Of a stretch of DNA of 64,000 nucleotides, positions 27,507 through 37,197 are shown piece by piece (position 1 is the first letter of the stretch; each line of letters begins with the position of its first letter). The notes beneath the pieces were generated by a model that saw only the letters and a list, made by a program, of their open reading frames with translations, was not told the origin of the DNA and did not search any database. Source of the stretch: a virus. The translations under genes were made by a program, and so were the position numbers. The stretch is taken from IMG/VR virus record IMGVR_UViG_3300033553_000478, positions 18,834 to 82,833 of that record; one strand, given 5' to 3'.

Positions 27507-28074
27507 TGGCTATATAGATTACCGAGATGTATTGGAAGCGGGAAAGGTTTCAGCTTCCAGACCATTATACCAGGAAACCATAAATGATATTTTCGCAAAT
27601 CTGAGAGGTGATCATAACCTTAAAAGATTTGAAGGTGTCATTCCAAACAAAATGGTTTATGTGGATCCAATGAGAGATCTATTTGTCTGGACCAGAAAAG
27701 CGGAAGTCCGGGAACTTCTACATACAACAAAGAAACATTCCGGAAAATATGCTATTCCTACTCTTGTATTTCGCATTGAGAAGGGCAGTGTGAGTGTTGT
27801 GGCCATAAAGAAATTGGCTATCAATTCTCCTGTATATATTCCCCCGTTTACAAACACAGCAAATGGCGATGTTTGTATGGGTTCCGCTTCTCTGAAAACC
27901 GAGACTTGCGACTGCATTGAAGATCTGGTTGAATATGCCGAAAACCAATTCTACAATTCCTATTTCACTCATTCCCCGACTGAGTACCAGCTTTTGGGAA
28001 AAGGTAAATCTACCTTCCCCAAAAAGGAACTGAAGGCAATGGGTATTAACCTAAAGCAATTTATAAATGGATAG
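27451..28074 (+). CDS. PRTRC system protein B (prokaryotic E2 family D)
   Basis: FVWTRKA...IPTLVF...PPFTNTANGDVCMGS...FYNSYFTH; putative catalytic Cys. Confidence 0.85.
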   Translation: MRELVQTMKPVSLLTVYDSGYIDYRDVLEAGKVSASRPLYQETINDIFANLRGDHNLKRFEGVIPNKMVYVDPMRDLFVWTRKAEVRELLHTTKKHSGKYAIPTLVFRIEKGSVSVVAIKKLAINSPVYIPPFTNTANGDVCMGSASLKTETCDCIEDLVEYAENQFYNSYFTHSPTEYQLLGKGKSTFPKKELKAMGINLKQFING

Positions 28075-28849
28075 CTTGAAAGTTGATCCGTATTTAATAA
28101 ACGGACAGCACAGAATAACTGTGCTCGTAGTGGGAGCTGGTGGAACTGGTGGAAAGGTACTTACCAAGCTTATAGCTTTACACGAAGCTTTGACAAGAAT
28201 GGACCATCCTGGTCTATACGTTACAATGGTGGATCCTGACATAGTAGAGGATCACAATGTAGGCCGGCAATCAAATTTCAGTGCTGCAGATGTAGGCTAC
28301 TACAAAGCTGATGCGCTGATTAGCAAAGTGAATGCCGCTTTCGGATATGATTGGGATTGTGAGAATGTACCATATAGCAATGCTCACGCTGCCAACATAG
28401 TATTTTCCTGTGTAGATAATGCTGAAGCCAGAGCCAAAATATTGGATGCATTTTTCAAAAGGCAGCAGATGTATGATACCAGGAAAGGCTTTTACATATT
28501 TGATTGCGGTAACGCCCGGGATTATGGCCAAGTCATTCTGACTGACCAGAAGCACACCCTGAAGCATATTGGTGATATTGTCCCGGATTGGGATAAGCAA
28601 GATACTGTAGAGCAGCAGGGAGAATCCTGTAGCTATGCTGAAAGCTTACGAAAGCAAGACCTATTCATTAATGATTGGGTTGCTCTGTATGCAGTGAATC
28701 TCTTCAAAGAATTACTATTCAAAAAGGAGATTGATTACCAAGGAGTATTTTTCAATACTGCAGATTTTGATGCAGTTAAAATCAAGATTAACAATGGCAG
28801 TAAGAAACGGAGAAAGACTCGTAACAAATTGGTGGACCGAAAAAACTGA
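28067..28849 (+). CDS. PRTRC system ThiF-family (E1-like) protein
   Basis: VVGAGGTGG, DPDIVEDHNVGRQ, CVDN, DCGN, SCSYAESLRKQDLFIN. Confidence 0.93.
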   Translation: MDSLKVDPYLINGQHRITVLVVGAGGTGGKVLTKLIALHEALTRMDHPGLYVTMVDPDIVEDHNVGRQSNFSAADVGYYKADALISKVNAAFGYDWDCENVPYSNAHAANIVFSCVDNAEARAKILDAFFKRQQMYDTRKGFYIFDCGNARDYGQVILTDQKHTLKHIGDIVPDWDKQDTVEQQGESCSYAESLRKQDLFINDWVALYAVNLFKELLFKKEIDYQGVFFNTADFDAVKIKINNGSKKRRKTRNKLVDRKN

Positions 28850-29000
28850 TTTGATCAATCCTGAAATATATGATAGGATTGATGGGAATGCAAGACGTAG
28901 AATTTATACAAGAATAGCCAAAGGAGAGTCCTTTGGAAATGAAACAGATGAAATCGATGGCTTTAAATACGAATGCCATTGGTCTATTAGAAAATCGTAA
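28794..29000 (+). CDS. Hypothetical protein
   Basis: Likely start MAVRNGER at 28794. Confidence 0.55.
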   Translation: MAVRNGERLVTNWWTEKTDLINPEIYDRIDGNARRRIYTRIAKGESFGNETDEIDGFKYECHWSIRKS

Positions 29001-29003
29001 ACA

Positions 29004-29258
29004 ATGGCTGAAACATTGGAAGATTTGAAGAAGCTTAAACAAGAATATGTTGAAGCTGAGGCTCAGAAGATCGTTGATTATATGGTCAAAAGAGAGCTGA
29101 TTGAAACTCAGGAACAAACTTGTGATCATAGAAATTGGGATACGAAGAAACATACTCACTTCCCCGAGATAGCTGAAAGACTTAGGAAAGAATATGGGTT
29201 GCTGGTACTCAGCAAAGTTCGCCACGGCGTAACTGAATGGGATATAAGAATTAGATAA
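29004..29258 (+). CDS. Hypothetical protein
   Basis: 84 aa, coupled to dnaB. Confidence 0.65.
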   Translation: MAETLEDLKKLKQEYVEAEAQKIVDYMVKRELIETQEQTCDHRNWDTKKHTHFPEIAERLRKEYGLLVLSKVRHGVTEWDIRIR

Positions 29259-30712
29259 TGGATGCAGAAAATGAGGAATTTCAAATACCGCCACCACCGG
29301 TAGATATTCCTAAACCCCCACTTCCGGAAATAATATATCGGAAGGATCCTGAATATCCACCGCTTGACAAAGGCAAAATACCGCCTCAAGCGGTAGACTT
29401 AGAGGAAGTGGTAATTGGAGCTCTTATGATTGACAAGCGGGCAGCGCCCGAGATAATGGGGTTTATGACTCCAGATGTTTTCTATAAGAATGCACACCAA
29501 AATGCTTTTCAAGCCATACAGACCTTGTACGAGAAGGAATTACCCATCGACTTACTTACAGTCGTTGAGGAACTAAGACGTACAGGGAAGCTTGCTATTG
29601 TAGGTGGAGAGTATTATTTGATACAGCTTACTCAAAAGGTAAGTTCTGCAGCTCATATAGAATTTCATTCTCGAATTATTTTACAGAAGTATGTACTTCG
29701 TAGAATGATACAGCTGGGAAATGTAGTCATTGAAGAAGCTTACAATCAAGATCCGGACATATTCGATCTGATGGATAAGTTTGAAAATGATGTGCTGGAT
29801 ATTTCCAATACTGCCCAGAAAGGCAAAAAGGAATCCGGCCCTGCAGATCCTGGAGAGGAACTTCGAGAAAAGGTTAGACTTAAGAGAGAAGGAAAGACAA
29901 TTGGATATCCTTCGGGAATTGAAGAGTTCGATAATTGGGCGGGTGGCTTCCTGAAAAGGTGGCTTTTCATATTGGGAGCCCGACCAGGTATGGGAAAGAC
30001 TTCATTCATTGTTGCAGTCATATATCACTTAGCTTTCGAGAGAGGTGTAAAGGTTGCATTCTTTTCCCTTGAAATGGCAGCTATCGATATTAAGTATCGA
30101 TTAGCTGCCAGGATCCTCGATATTCCATTCAGTAGAATAAATCTTGGAGAGCTCACAGATGAAGAACTTGAAGAGGTAACTGAGATAGTATCAAAAATTG
30201 AGGACTATGGAATCAACATAATTGACAACGTAAGGAACCTCAGCAAGATTACTGTTGAAACCAAGAAGCTGAAAGAAGAAGGTTTTGAAATCTTCTTTTT
30301 GGATTATTTACAGCTGGTAGAGATATCCGGAACTTCCAAGGATTTAACTGGAGAGATGGTGATCATTACCAGAACATTCAAATCACTTAAAAACGATTTA
30401 AACATTCCGTTCATTGCGCTATCACAGATTGACAGAATAGTGGATAAGCGGCCCGGTCATAGACCATTAATTTCAGATCTTAAACAGGCAAGTTCTATAG
30501 AGCAGGATGCTGATATAGTAGCTTTCATTGTGAGGCCAGAGTATTATAATGAGAATAAAAGCAAGATACCTTTGCCACCAGGCAAACCGAATCCTGAATT
30601 TATTGCTCAGTTTATTATTGCAAAAGGAAGGAGTACCGGACTGAAAGATTTTGATATATATCTGGATCTTTCAAAATTTATTTTGAAATCTGGTCATTCA
30701 GTACCTTTTTAA
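29258..30712 (+). CDS. dnaB: Replicative DNA helicase DnaB
   Basis: GKIPPQAVDLEEVVIGALMID, GARPGMGKT, FFSLEM, DYLQL, ALSQ, SIEQDAD, IIAKGR. Confidence 0.96.
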   Translation: MDAENEEFQIPPPPVDIPKPPLPEIIYRKDPEYPPLDKGKIPPQAVDLEEVVIGALMIDKRAAPEIMGFMTPDVFYKNAHQNAFQAIQTLYEKELPIDLLTVVEELRRTGKLAIVGGEYYLIQLTQKVSSAAHIEFHSRIILQKYVLRRMIQLGNVVIEEAYNQDPDIFDLMDKFENDVLDISNTAQKGKKESGPADPGEELREKVRLKREGKTIGYPSGIEEFDNWAGGFLKRWLFILGARPGMGKTSFIVAVIYHLAFERGVKVAFFSLEMAAIDIKYRLAARILDIPFSRINLGELTDEELEEVTEIVSKIEDYGINIIDNVRNLSKITVETKKLKEEGFEIFFLDYLQLVEISGTSKDLTGEMVIITRTFKSLKNDLNIPFIALSQIDRIVDKRPGHRPLISDLKQASSIEQDADIVAFIVRPEYYNENKSKIPLPPGKPNPEFIAQFIIAKGRSTGLKDFDIYLDLSKFILKSGHSVPF

Positions 30713-30715
30713 TTT

Positions 30716-30723
30716 TATATTTG
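30716..30723 (+). promoter_or_regulatory. -7 box TATATTTG
   Basis: TAnnTTTG upstream of HU-like gene. Confidence 0.55.
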
Positions 30724-30756
30724 TTAACGATAAATACATCTACAAAGTATAAAATT

Positions 30757-31044
30757 ATGGTCAAAAAACAATTAGTATCTGAAGTCGCAAAGCAATCAGG
30801 TGTTAGTAAAAAGGACACTGCCCTGGTCATTGATACAATGATCGAAACAATTAAGAGGCAATTATTGATTGGAGTGAATGTCAAAATAACTGACTTCATA
30901 GACTTCAAGAGAGAAATTTCCCCGGAGAGAAAAGGCTTCAACCCGAACACTAAGGAAGAAATAATCATTCCTAAAAAGTGGAGGGTGAAGGTTACTCTTC
31001 CGAAAGCTTTCGTTGAAAAGATTAAGGCAAAACCTATTCACTAA
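30757..31044 (+). CDS. HU/IHF family DNA-binding protein
   Basis: KQLVSEVAKQSGVSKKD...RKGFNPNTKEEIIIP. Confidence 0.9.
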   Translation: MVKKQLVSEVAKQSGVSKKDTALVIDTMIETIKRQLLIGVNVKITDFIDFKREISPERKGFNPNTKEEIIIPKKWRVKVTLPKAFVEKIKAKPIH

Positions 31045-31328
31045 TGAAAGCAGCAAGGAAGTACATATTTAGAAATCCTCTTAAAAATATTTCAAGGGAG
31101 AGTATAGATCAGTACTTGCACACGAATGTATTCAGCACGCCTGAATTTGGCATTCACGTTAAACAAGTTGCGTTAAACCTCAGACTCGACGATCGTATTG
31201 TGAGGGATGTTCTCATAAGCTATTTCAGCAATGTGATGTACATTATCAATACCGTCAGGAAATTAAGAACCAAAATCAACATCTATGGTTTCTTTTCCAT
31301 TATAGTGGAAAAGGGAGATAGGTACTAA
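31044..31328 (+). CDS. Truncated HU/IHF-like protein
   Basis: VKQVALNLRLDDRIVRDVLISYF...KINIYGFFSI resembles the HU N-terminal half. Confidence 0.5.
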   Translation: MKAARKYIFRNPLKNISRESIDQYLHTNVFSTPEFGIHVKQVALNLRLDDRIVRDVLISYFSNVMYIINTVRKLRTKINIYGFFSIIVEKGDRY

Positions 31329-31340
31329 TTCATTTTTATT

Positions 31341-32381
31341 ATGGAAAATTTTCAATTTACCGCCCCGGTTGGAGGCGACAGCAAGAGAATTGATGATGTT
31401 GCATTAATCCCTTCAGGGATGCGACTTTGTACGTTCTATGGACTTGCAGATCTTGGTACCCAAGACAGTAAAAACTTTGGGCCAAAACACAGATGCCAGC
31501 TGGCATTTGAATTCCCTCAAGAATTGAGGATATTTTATGAAGGTGATATTCATAAGCCTTCAGTGATCTGGAGTGAGGAAACTTTCTCAATGGCACCAAA
31601 AGCCAATTTGAGAAAGCATTACGTTCACGGTATGCTTGGCCGTAATCTTAGTGATGAAGAAGCGGCGAAATTCAACATAGCTTCCCTATTAGGAAAGCCA
31701 TTTGTTGCCACCATTTCTCATACTGCAGATGGTAAGTATGCGAACATCACTTCTATTACTCCATTGAGTGATCAGAACAGATTGATGTTTGGATTGCAGG
31801 ATATGAATGTACCTGTGATCAATGATATCTTTGCATATCATATGAGCCAGGGCTTTATTAGTGAGAACTTCAAGAAGCTTCCAAAATTCATTAGAGAAAA
31901 AATAAAAAACTCTGAGGAAGGTGAAGCTCACAAAAAGTCTGGAGGAACATTCCTTGAACCGGATCCAAGTGATTTCAAAAATGCTGGCAAAAAACTTAAG
32001 ATGCTGCCTAATGCAGAGTTCACATACGAACAGTATAAAGCAGCAGAGTGGACTGACCAGATGTTGGTTGATAACGGTAAAGCAGTATGGGAAGCTCCCG
32101 TTGCTCCACCAGCTCCGGTAGGTGCACCAGCAGCTCCACAGGCACCAATCGCCCCAGCTGCTCCGGTTGCTCCACAAGCAATGCCAGCTGCACCGTCAGC
32201 AATACCACCTGCAATGCCAGCTGCTACACCGCCAGCTCCCGCATTGAATCCTCAGGACACCAATGGTAGAATTACCCTTGTACCTGAATGGAGAGGGAAG
32301 CAGTCTGTTGCTGAATGGTTAGCTTCAGGATGGACTGAGGAAGCAATGTTAGCCAAGGGCTACGCTGTTCCAGTAAAGTAG
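31341..32381 (+). CDS. ssDNA-binding/replication protein (short form)
   Basis: DLGTQ...LAFEFP...KANLRK...LLGKPF...YANITSI core, Pro/Ala linker, two WT(D/E)...G repeats; SSB-type DDLPF tail in -1 frame downstream. Confidence 0.7.
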   Translation: MENFQFTAPVGGDSKRIDDVALIPSGMRLCTFYGLADLGTQDSKNFGPKHRCQLAFEFPQELRIFYEGDIHKPSVIWSEETFSMAPKANLRKHYVHGMLGRNLSDEEAAKFNIASLLGKPFVATISHTADGKYANITSITPLSDQNRLMFGLQDMNVPVINDIFAYHMSQGFISENFKKLPKFIREKIKNSEEGEAHKKSGGTFLEPDPSDFKNAGKKLKMLPNAEFTYEQYKAAEWTDQMLVDNGKAVWEAPVAPPAPVGAPAAPQAPIAPAAPVAPQAMPAAPSAIPPAMPAATPPAPALNPQDTNGRITLVPEWRGKQSVAEWLASGWTEEAMLAKGYAVPVK

Positions 32382-32515
32382 AAGGAGTAGGGGAATCAAC
32401 TCAGCAGCCTACTGCTCCACCCGCACCAGCTGAGAAAATTGAAGATCAATTTCCTGCTAACTTCAGCGTGGCTCAAGACGAGCCAGATGAAGAGCACGAT
32501 GATCTTCCATTCTAA
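32378..32515 (+). other. -1 frame extension of SSB (45 codons ending DEEHDDLPF)
   Basis: Open -1 frame VEGVGESTQQPTAPPAPAEKIEDQFPANFSVAQDEPDEEHDDLPF*; stop overlaps next ATG. Confidence 0.8.
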
Positions 32516-32859
32516 TGCACCAGTTTATTTGTAAGGCGAAGTCCGGAGAGCCAATCCCGACTTCGCCTAATAAACTGGAACTTCTGAAAAAGCTTTTAGA
32601 TCATTATGAGAAAACAAATATGTCTTTCAAGTTATCGATCGAACCTATTCAGAAGAATATAAATGAACAGCAGGAATCTTTATACAAGGCGTTCATTTTA
32701 AAAGCAGCAAATCATTTTGGCAACACCTTCCCAGAAATGGAAAACATACTTCGAAATTTAATGCCGGAAGGTCCCAGAGAAAGGTGGAGCACTAATCAAT
32801 TAGATGATTTTATAACCAAGTCCACTGCCTATTTAGGGCAGCACGGATTTCATTTTTAA
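32515..32859 (+). CDS. NinB/Orf-like protein
   Basis: NINEQQESLY...AANHFG...WSTNQLDDFI...GFHF follows NinB-like pattern. Confidence 0.45.
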   Translation: MHQFICKAKSGEPIPTSPNKLELLKKLLDHYEKTNMSFKLSIEPIQKNINEQQESLYKAFILKAANHFGNTFPEMENILRNLMPEGPRERWSTNQLDDFITKSTAYLGQHGFHF

Positions 32860-32862
32860 TTT

Positions 32863-33054
32863 ATGATATACTTAATAATGGCGCAGATCTGTAGGATCGG
32901 AGTCGTATGGACAACGAGTATGGTTTTCCGAAAAATATTTCGGACAGCTGCTATTTCATTTGTCGGTATGTACCTGGTTGAAAGAGTTCACCGTCAACAA
33001 AAAAGAGAGCAACAATATATAGATGGAGACAGCAGCAGACATAGACTTAACTAA
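32863..33054 (+). CDS. Small hypothetical protein
   Basis: 63 aa, hydrophobic. Confidence 0.45.
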   Translation: MIYLIMAQICRIGVVWTTSMVFRKIFRTAAISFVGMYLVERVHRQQKREQQYIDGDSSRHRLN

Positions 33055-34384
33055 AAGTCAGGAACAGCTTTTACCAAAATTTAAAGCGTTCCTTGACGGT
33101 CCTGAGAAATTCTTTCTCTTGACCGGCAAGCCTGGTGTTGGAAAAACATTCATAACCAAATTACTTCTGAAAGCATACATAGATGCTGATAGGGAGAATG
33201 GAGGTCACGGAATGGATATTAACGTTGCAGGGATTTGTTTAGCACACCAAGCCAAGAATGTACTTGGTGTGCACATCCCGCGCGTTTTTACTTTCGCTAA
33301 GGCGTATGGATTGAAGGAGCATACCGATGATTATACTGGAAAAAGGACATTCGTTTACGATAAATTCCACGATGGAGTTATTATAGGCGACCAGCCAATA
33401 CCGGTATTTGTTCACGATGAAGTTTCTCAATATACCGAAGAGATGCTGGAGATTGTGTTCTCACGAACATCAATGTTTAGTAAGATCATATTTATTGGAG
33501 ATAGGGCACAGCTCCCGCCAATCGATCCTGAAAATAAATTAGGAAAGGATGCGGACTCCCCAATATTTATGTATGATATACCAGATAACTGTAAGCACGA
33601 ACTTACGGAGAGGGTAAGACAGGAGGAAGGAAATAAGATCCTGCAGCTTTCAGATGTAATCCGGGAAGAGATATTCGGACTCCAGAGAGTCGGTCTTGTG
33701 CGTGAAGCTATGGCTAAGCCTCAAATGGAGGGAGGAATGGGATATGATTGGGTAACCAAGAGTGAACTGATGTTCGATTTAGAACGAAGGAATGTACTTG
33801 ATACCAAAGTGATCGCTCATACAAATGATGCGGTTAACAGGCACAATCCTGATATAAGGAATTTCCTTATGCAGAATCCGGATAATTTCTTAGTTGAAGA
33901 TGATATTGTAGCAATGACAGATAGCTTCTATAGTATGGATGAATTTGGATTTGTGAAGTATGTACTTTTTAATTCAGAGGTATTCAGAATAAAGGAGATC
34001 TACACTACTGTAATTCAGTATGAGGCATTCAGTAAAAAATATAAGATTGATGCTATGGTAGCCAATATCGAGAATAAGGTAGGACAATTCATTATTCCTT
34101 CGGAGTATGGCTATGAATTACTGCAGGAGTATTTGAGAGAGATTGCAGATGCCTGTAAATCTCATAGGAACTGGGGGCCGTTCTGGGACTTCAGGAAGAA
34201 GTTCTGTGAATGGACTTACGGTTATGCCACAACTTGCTACAAAGCGCAGGGAGGCACGTATGAGACTGTTTATGTAGATGTGAATGATATATTCGGCTGT
34301 AGGCCATTATCACGTAAGAGGCAACTGCAGACAGTTTACACCGCTATTACCAGAGCGAAGAAAGATGTTTACTTTATAAAGTAA
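33023..34384 (+). CDS. Dda/RecD-like SF1B helicase
   Basis: GKPGVGKT, DEVSQ, IGDRAQLPPI, YATTCYKAQGGTY, YTAITRAK. Confidence 0.92.
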   Translation: METAADIDLTKSQEQLLPKFKAFLDGPEKFFLLTGKPGVGKTFITKLLLKAYIDADRENGGHGMDINVAGICLAHQAKNVLGVHIPRVFTFAKAYGLKEHTDDYTGKRTFVYDKFHDGVIIGDQPIPVFVHDEVSQYTEEMLEIVFSRTSMFSKIIFIGDRAQLPPIDPENKLGKDADSPIFMYDIPDNCKHELTERVRQEEGNKILQLSDVIREEIFGLQRVGLVREAMAKPQMEGGMGYDWVTKSELMFDLERRNVLDTKVIAHTNDAVNRHNPDIRNFLMQNPDNFLVEDDIVAMTDSFYSMDEFGFVKYVLFNSEVFRIKEIYTTVIQYEAFSKKYKIDAMVANIENKVGQFIIPSEYGYELLQEYLREIADACKSHRNWGPFWDFRKKFCEWTYGYATTCYKAQGGTYETVYVDVNDIFGCRPLSRKRQLQTVYTAITRAKKDVYFIK

Positions 34385-34540
34385 TATTATGAGAGATAAT
34401 ATTTATTACCGATGGTTCAAAAAAAGTCTTAGGGATGATCAAGAAAAAGATTATCGAGAAATGAGTATCAATCAACAAAAAGATTGGTATATCTCATATT
34501 TAGAAGAACATTTTGATGCCAAGAAAATAAAATCTTAACT

Positions 34541-34762
34541 ATGGCATATTCAACTTCAGGTGAAACCTTCCACTTTATATGTAAAGTGGAAGACACCATT
34601 AACGATAATCGCATTGTGGCCAATCCATATTGTGATGTTAGAACCCGCAGGCAAGCGGAGATAGAATTTCGGAGAATGCCCCAGGTAAAGAAATACCTTG
34701 GAAACCCGAGATACAGGATTTCCTTCAGGGAAAATTCAGTATTAATTCAAGACAAAGAGTAA
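34541..34762 (+). CDS. Hypothetical protein
   Basis: 73 aa, coupled. Confidence 0.6.
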   Translation: MAYSTSGETFHFICKVEDTINDNRIVANPYCDVRTRRQAEIEFRRMPQVKKYLGNPRYRISFRENSVLIQDKE

Positions 34763-35619
34763 TGGAAATAGTACCATTTATAGCGCCATCATATCACGAT
34801 GAGCATTTCGCTACGAAACGCTTTCCGAATAAGGTTGCGCTAATCGACGCAGACCGTTACAAGCACGTTGTAACGTATAGAGTATTTCAAGAATTAGAAA
34901 AAGGAAGGGAGCACGGTAAGGAGCTGTTAGATGAATTGATCAGCGAGTACCTGCATACCGATATCTTTTCCAAGTTTGAGGCTAAAGCATACATATTCTG
35001 CTTTTCCTCACCTTCAAAAGATGTATTCCGGAACTTTATAACTCAGGAGAAAGAGTATAAGGGAAACCGGAAAGGCCGTGATGATGCTTACTTCTACGAA
35101 GGGAAGTATCAGGATATGGCTTATGTTTTCAAATATTGTGAAAGCAGATATCCAACTTTGAACTTTTCAGATTTGGAAGCAGATGATATTTTATCGATGC
35201 TGCAGGATCCTGAAGATACATTCATTTTCTCTCACGATAAGGATTTGAAACAGGTGGTAGGATTTCATTATAATATGAACCGCCATATGTTAGAGTATAC
35301 CTCGGAAAGTGAAGGGTTCTGTATGTTACTGAACCAGATGCTCACCGGAGATAGCACAGACAACATACCTGGTCTTGCTGGCTTCGGTCCTAAAGCTTTG
35401 GAGAAGTTTCAGGAGAAGTGTACCAATATGGGAGATATGGAGCGCCTGATTATGTGCATCAAGGAGTATGTAGATAAAAAGGGTATCCTTCACGGAATGG
35501 ATGTGTTTGCAGAAATGTGGACTCTTTTATCAATGAGATTGAATCGCGGAGAATATTGCCAGCTTAAATATAAGAAGGGCTTTGATCTGGTGCGATCATT
35601 CATAGAAAGGGAAGAGTAA
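34762..35619 (+). CDS. 5'-3' exonuclease / flap endonuclease (T5/T7 type)
   Basis: LIDAD, YKGNR, EADDIL, DKDLKQ, GDSTDNIPGLAGFGPK. Confidence 0.92.
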   Translation: MEIVPFIAPSYHDEHFATKRFPNKVALIDADRYKHVVTYRVFQELEKGREHGKELLDELISEYLHTDIFSKFEAKAYIFCFSSPSKDVFRNFITQEKEYKGNRKGRDDAYFYEGKYQDMAYVFKYCESRYPTLNFSDLEADDILSMLQDPEDTFIFSHDKDLKQVVGFHYNMNRHMLEYTSESEGFCMLLNQMLTGDSTDNIPGLAGFGPKALEKFQEKCTNMGDMERLIMCIKEYVDKKGILHGMDVFAEMWTLLSMRLNRGEYCQLKYKKGFDLVRSFIEREE

Positions 35620-35879
35620 TGGAGCAAGCGGAATTCAGAATGTTAGATGCATACAAGATCTTTCCTTTCTATCCGGATAGAGTTTTACTCTCGCCTCTTT
35701 ATGATGATTTCAGTGGCAAATATGCTATGATGATCAATGAGATGCTTCCGAGTGGTAGACCAGGACAAACATTATTCGCTACCACAAAAGCCGTATTTGA
35801 TAATGAAGAACAGGCAGTATTTTCAACATCGAAAATGCTGAAAATGACAATGCAAGTTGTAAAAATATCTATGAACTAA
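35619..35879 (+). CDS. Hypothetical protein
   Basis: 86 aa, coupled. Confidence 0.65.
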   Translation: MEQAEFRMLDAYKIFPFYPDRVLLSPLYDDFSGKYAMMINEMLPSGRPGQTLFATTKAVFDNEEQAVFSTSKMLKMTMQVVKISMN

Positions 35880-36790
35880 TGGAATTAGATTTTGAAAAAT
35901 ATGGACAGCAGTTAACCGTCCTGTCCTTTGGAGCAGGACAGGACAGTACCGCAATACTTGTGCGTATAATTGAAGATGCTCGCTTTAAAAGAGATTATGT
36001 GGTAGGTCAACTTATAGTTGTATTTGCCGATACCAAGAATGAGCACGCTCATACCTATGCTTATATCAGCTACATAAAGATGATTTGCAAGGTGGCTAAA
36101 ATACCATTCGTTGTGGTAGAGCCTGAGAAGTGGGCAGGAGGAAAATGGAAGCAAGGTCTGGTTGGGTTCTGGAAGCAAAATAAAGCTGTAGGATCCAAAG
36201 CCTTTCCAAAAACCTGTACTGATCAATTAAAGATTAGGCCAATTTATAAGTGGCTGGAAGAGTTCATTCATATCACTTTTGAAACCAAGAGTGTTGGGAA
36301 GAAGAAAGCTTTTTACGAGTACTTCTATAAATATGGAAAAGTTCGCGTACTGATCGGTATAGCATCCGGAGAGGAAAGCAGAGCTTCAAATGAACCTACC
36401 GGAATGAAATGGTTCGATGAGTGTGTTGAGAAGATCTACCCACTTATAGAGCAGAAAATGGATAGGGAAGCTTGTCAGCAGACAATTAACGCGTATGGGT
36501 ATGTAGTGCCGAAACCGTCAAATTGTATGTTCTGCCCATTCCTATCGCTTCAGGAGTTACTTTATTTATCAATGAAGGATCCCGGAGCATTTTTAGAATG
36601 GGTTGAAATAGAAGCTGAGAAGCTGAAAAACAATGAGCATAAAGGAGAAAAGAATCTTACAGTCTGGGGAACCAGAAAGACTCTTCCTGAAATGCGTGAG
36701 ATAGCAATGGAAAAATATGGCCATTGGACTATGGAACAATTAGAAGAATATAAAATGTCACATGGACATTGTGTAAAAAGTAAATACTAA
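35879..36790 (+). CDS. PAPS-reductase/PP-loop family protein
   Basis: LSFGAGQDS, FADTKNE, CTDQLKIRPI, SNCMFCPF. Confidence 0.85.
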   Translation: MELDFEKYGQQLTVLSFGAGQDSTAILVRIIEDARFKRDYVVGQLIVVFADTKNEHAHTYAYISYIKMICKVAKIPFVVVEPEKWAGGKWKQGLVGFWKQNKAVGSKAFPKTCTDQLKIRPIYKWLEEFIHITFETKSVGKKKAFYEYFYKYGKVRVLIGIASGEESRASNEPTGMKWFDECVEKIYPLIEQKMDREACQQTINAYGYVVPKPSNCMFCPFLSLQELLYLSMKDPGAFLEWVEIEAEKLKNNEHKGEKNLTVWGTRKTLPEMREIAMEKYGHWTMEQLEEYKMSHGHCVKSKY

Positions 36791-36960
36791 TTATGTCAAG
36801 ATACAAAACCACAAAAGTCTTTAAAAAGACTGGTTACCGTAAAACCATTGAAACAGGACTCACTAAAGATGAGGCACAAAAAGCTGTAGACAAAGACCTT
36901 GAGAATAATCCCAAGGCTCTTAGATATATGCTTGTTTATGACGAACAATAATTAACACTT

Positions 36961-37197
36961 ATGGAAGTAATATTGAATATACTTTGGTTTGGCTCAATAG
37001 GATTACTCTTTTTGGGTGGATTGAGATTGGTTTTAATTGCCTTGGCCAAAGCATCATATAAAGGATCCAGAGAAGAAATGTTTCATTTAATGCAAGGGAA
37101 ACGTCGGAATTTTATAAAGTCGACTTCCAATTCTTTATGGATGATCGCTGTAGGAGGTTTAGTGCTTTTGGCATTTGCTATTTCTAATGGGTTTTGA
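36961..37197 (+). CDS. Two-TM membrane protein
   Basis: Two hydrophobic segments in 78 aa. Confidence 0.65.
   Translation: MEVILNILWFGSIGLLFLGGLRLVLIALAKASYKGSREEMFHLMQGKRRNFIKSTSNSLWMIAVGGLVLLAFAISNGF

Noticed and set aside
32379-32540. In-frame TAG readthrough of the SSB gene
   Set aside because: The zero frame hits another TAG three codons later and encodes nothing recognisable; the meaningful tail is in the -1 frame
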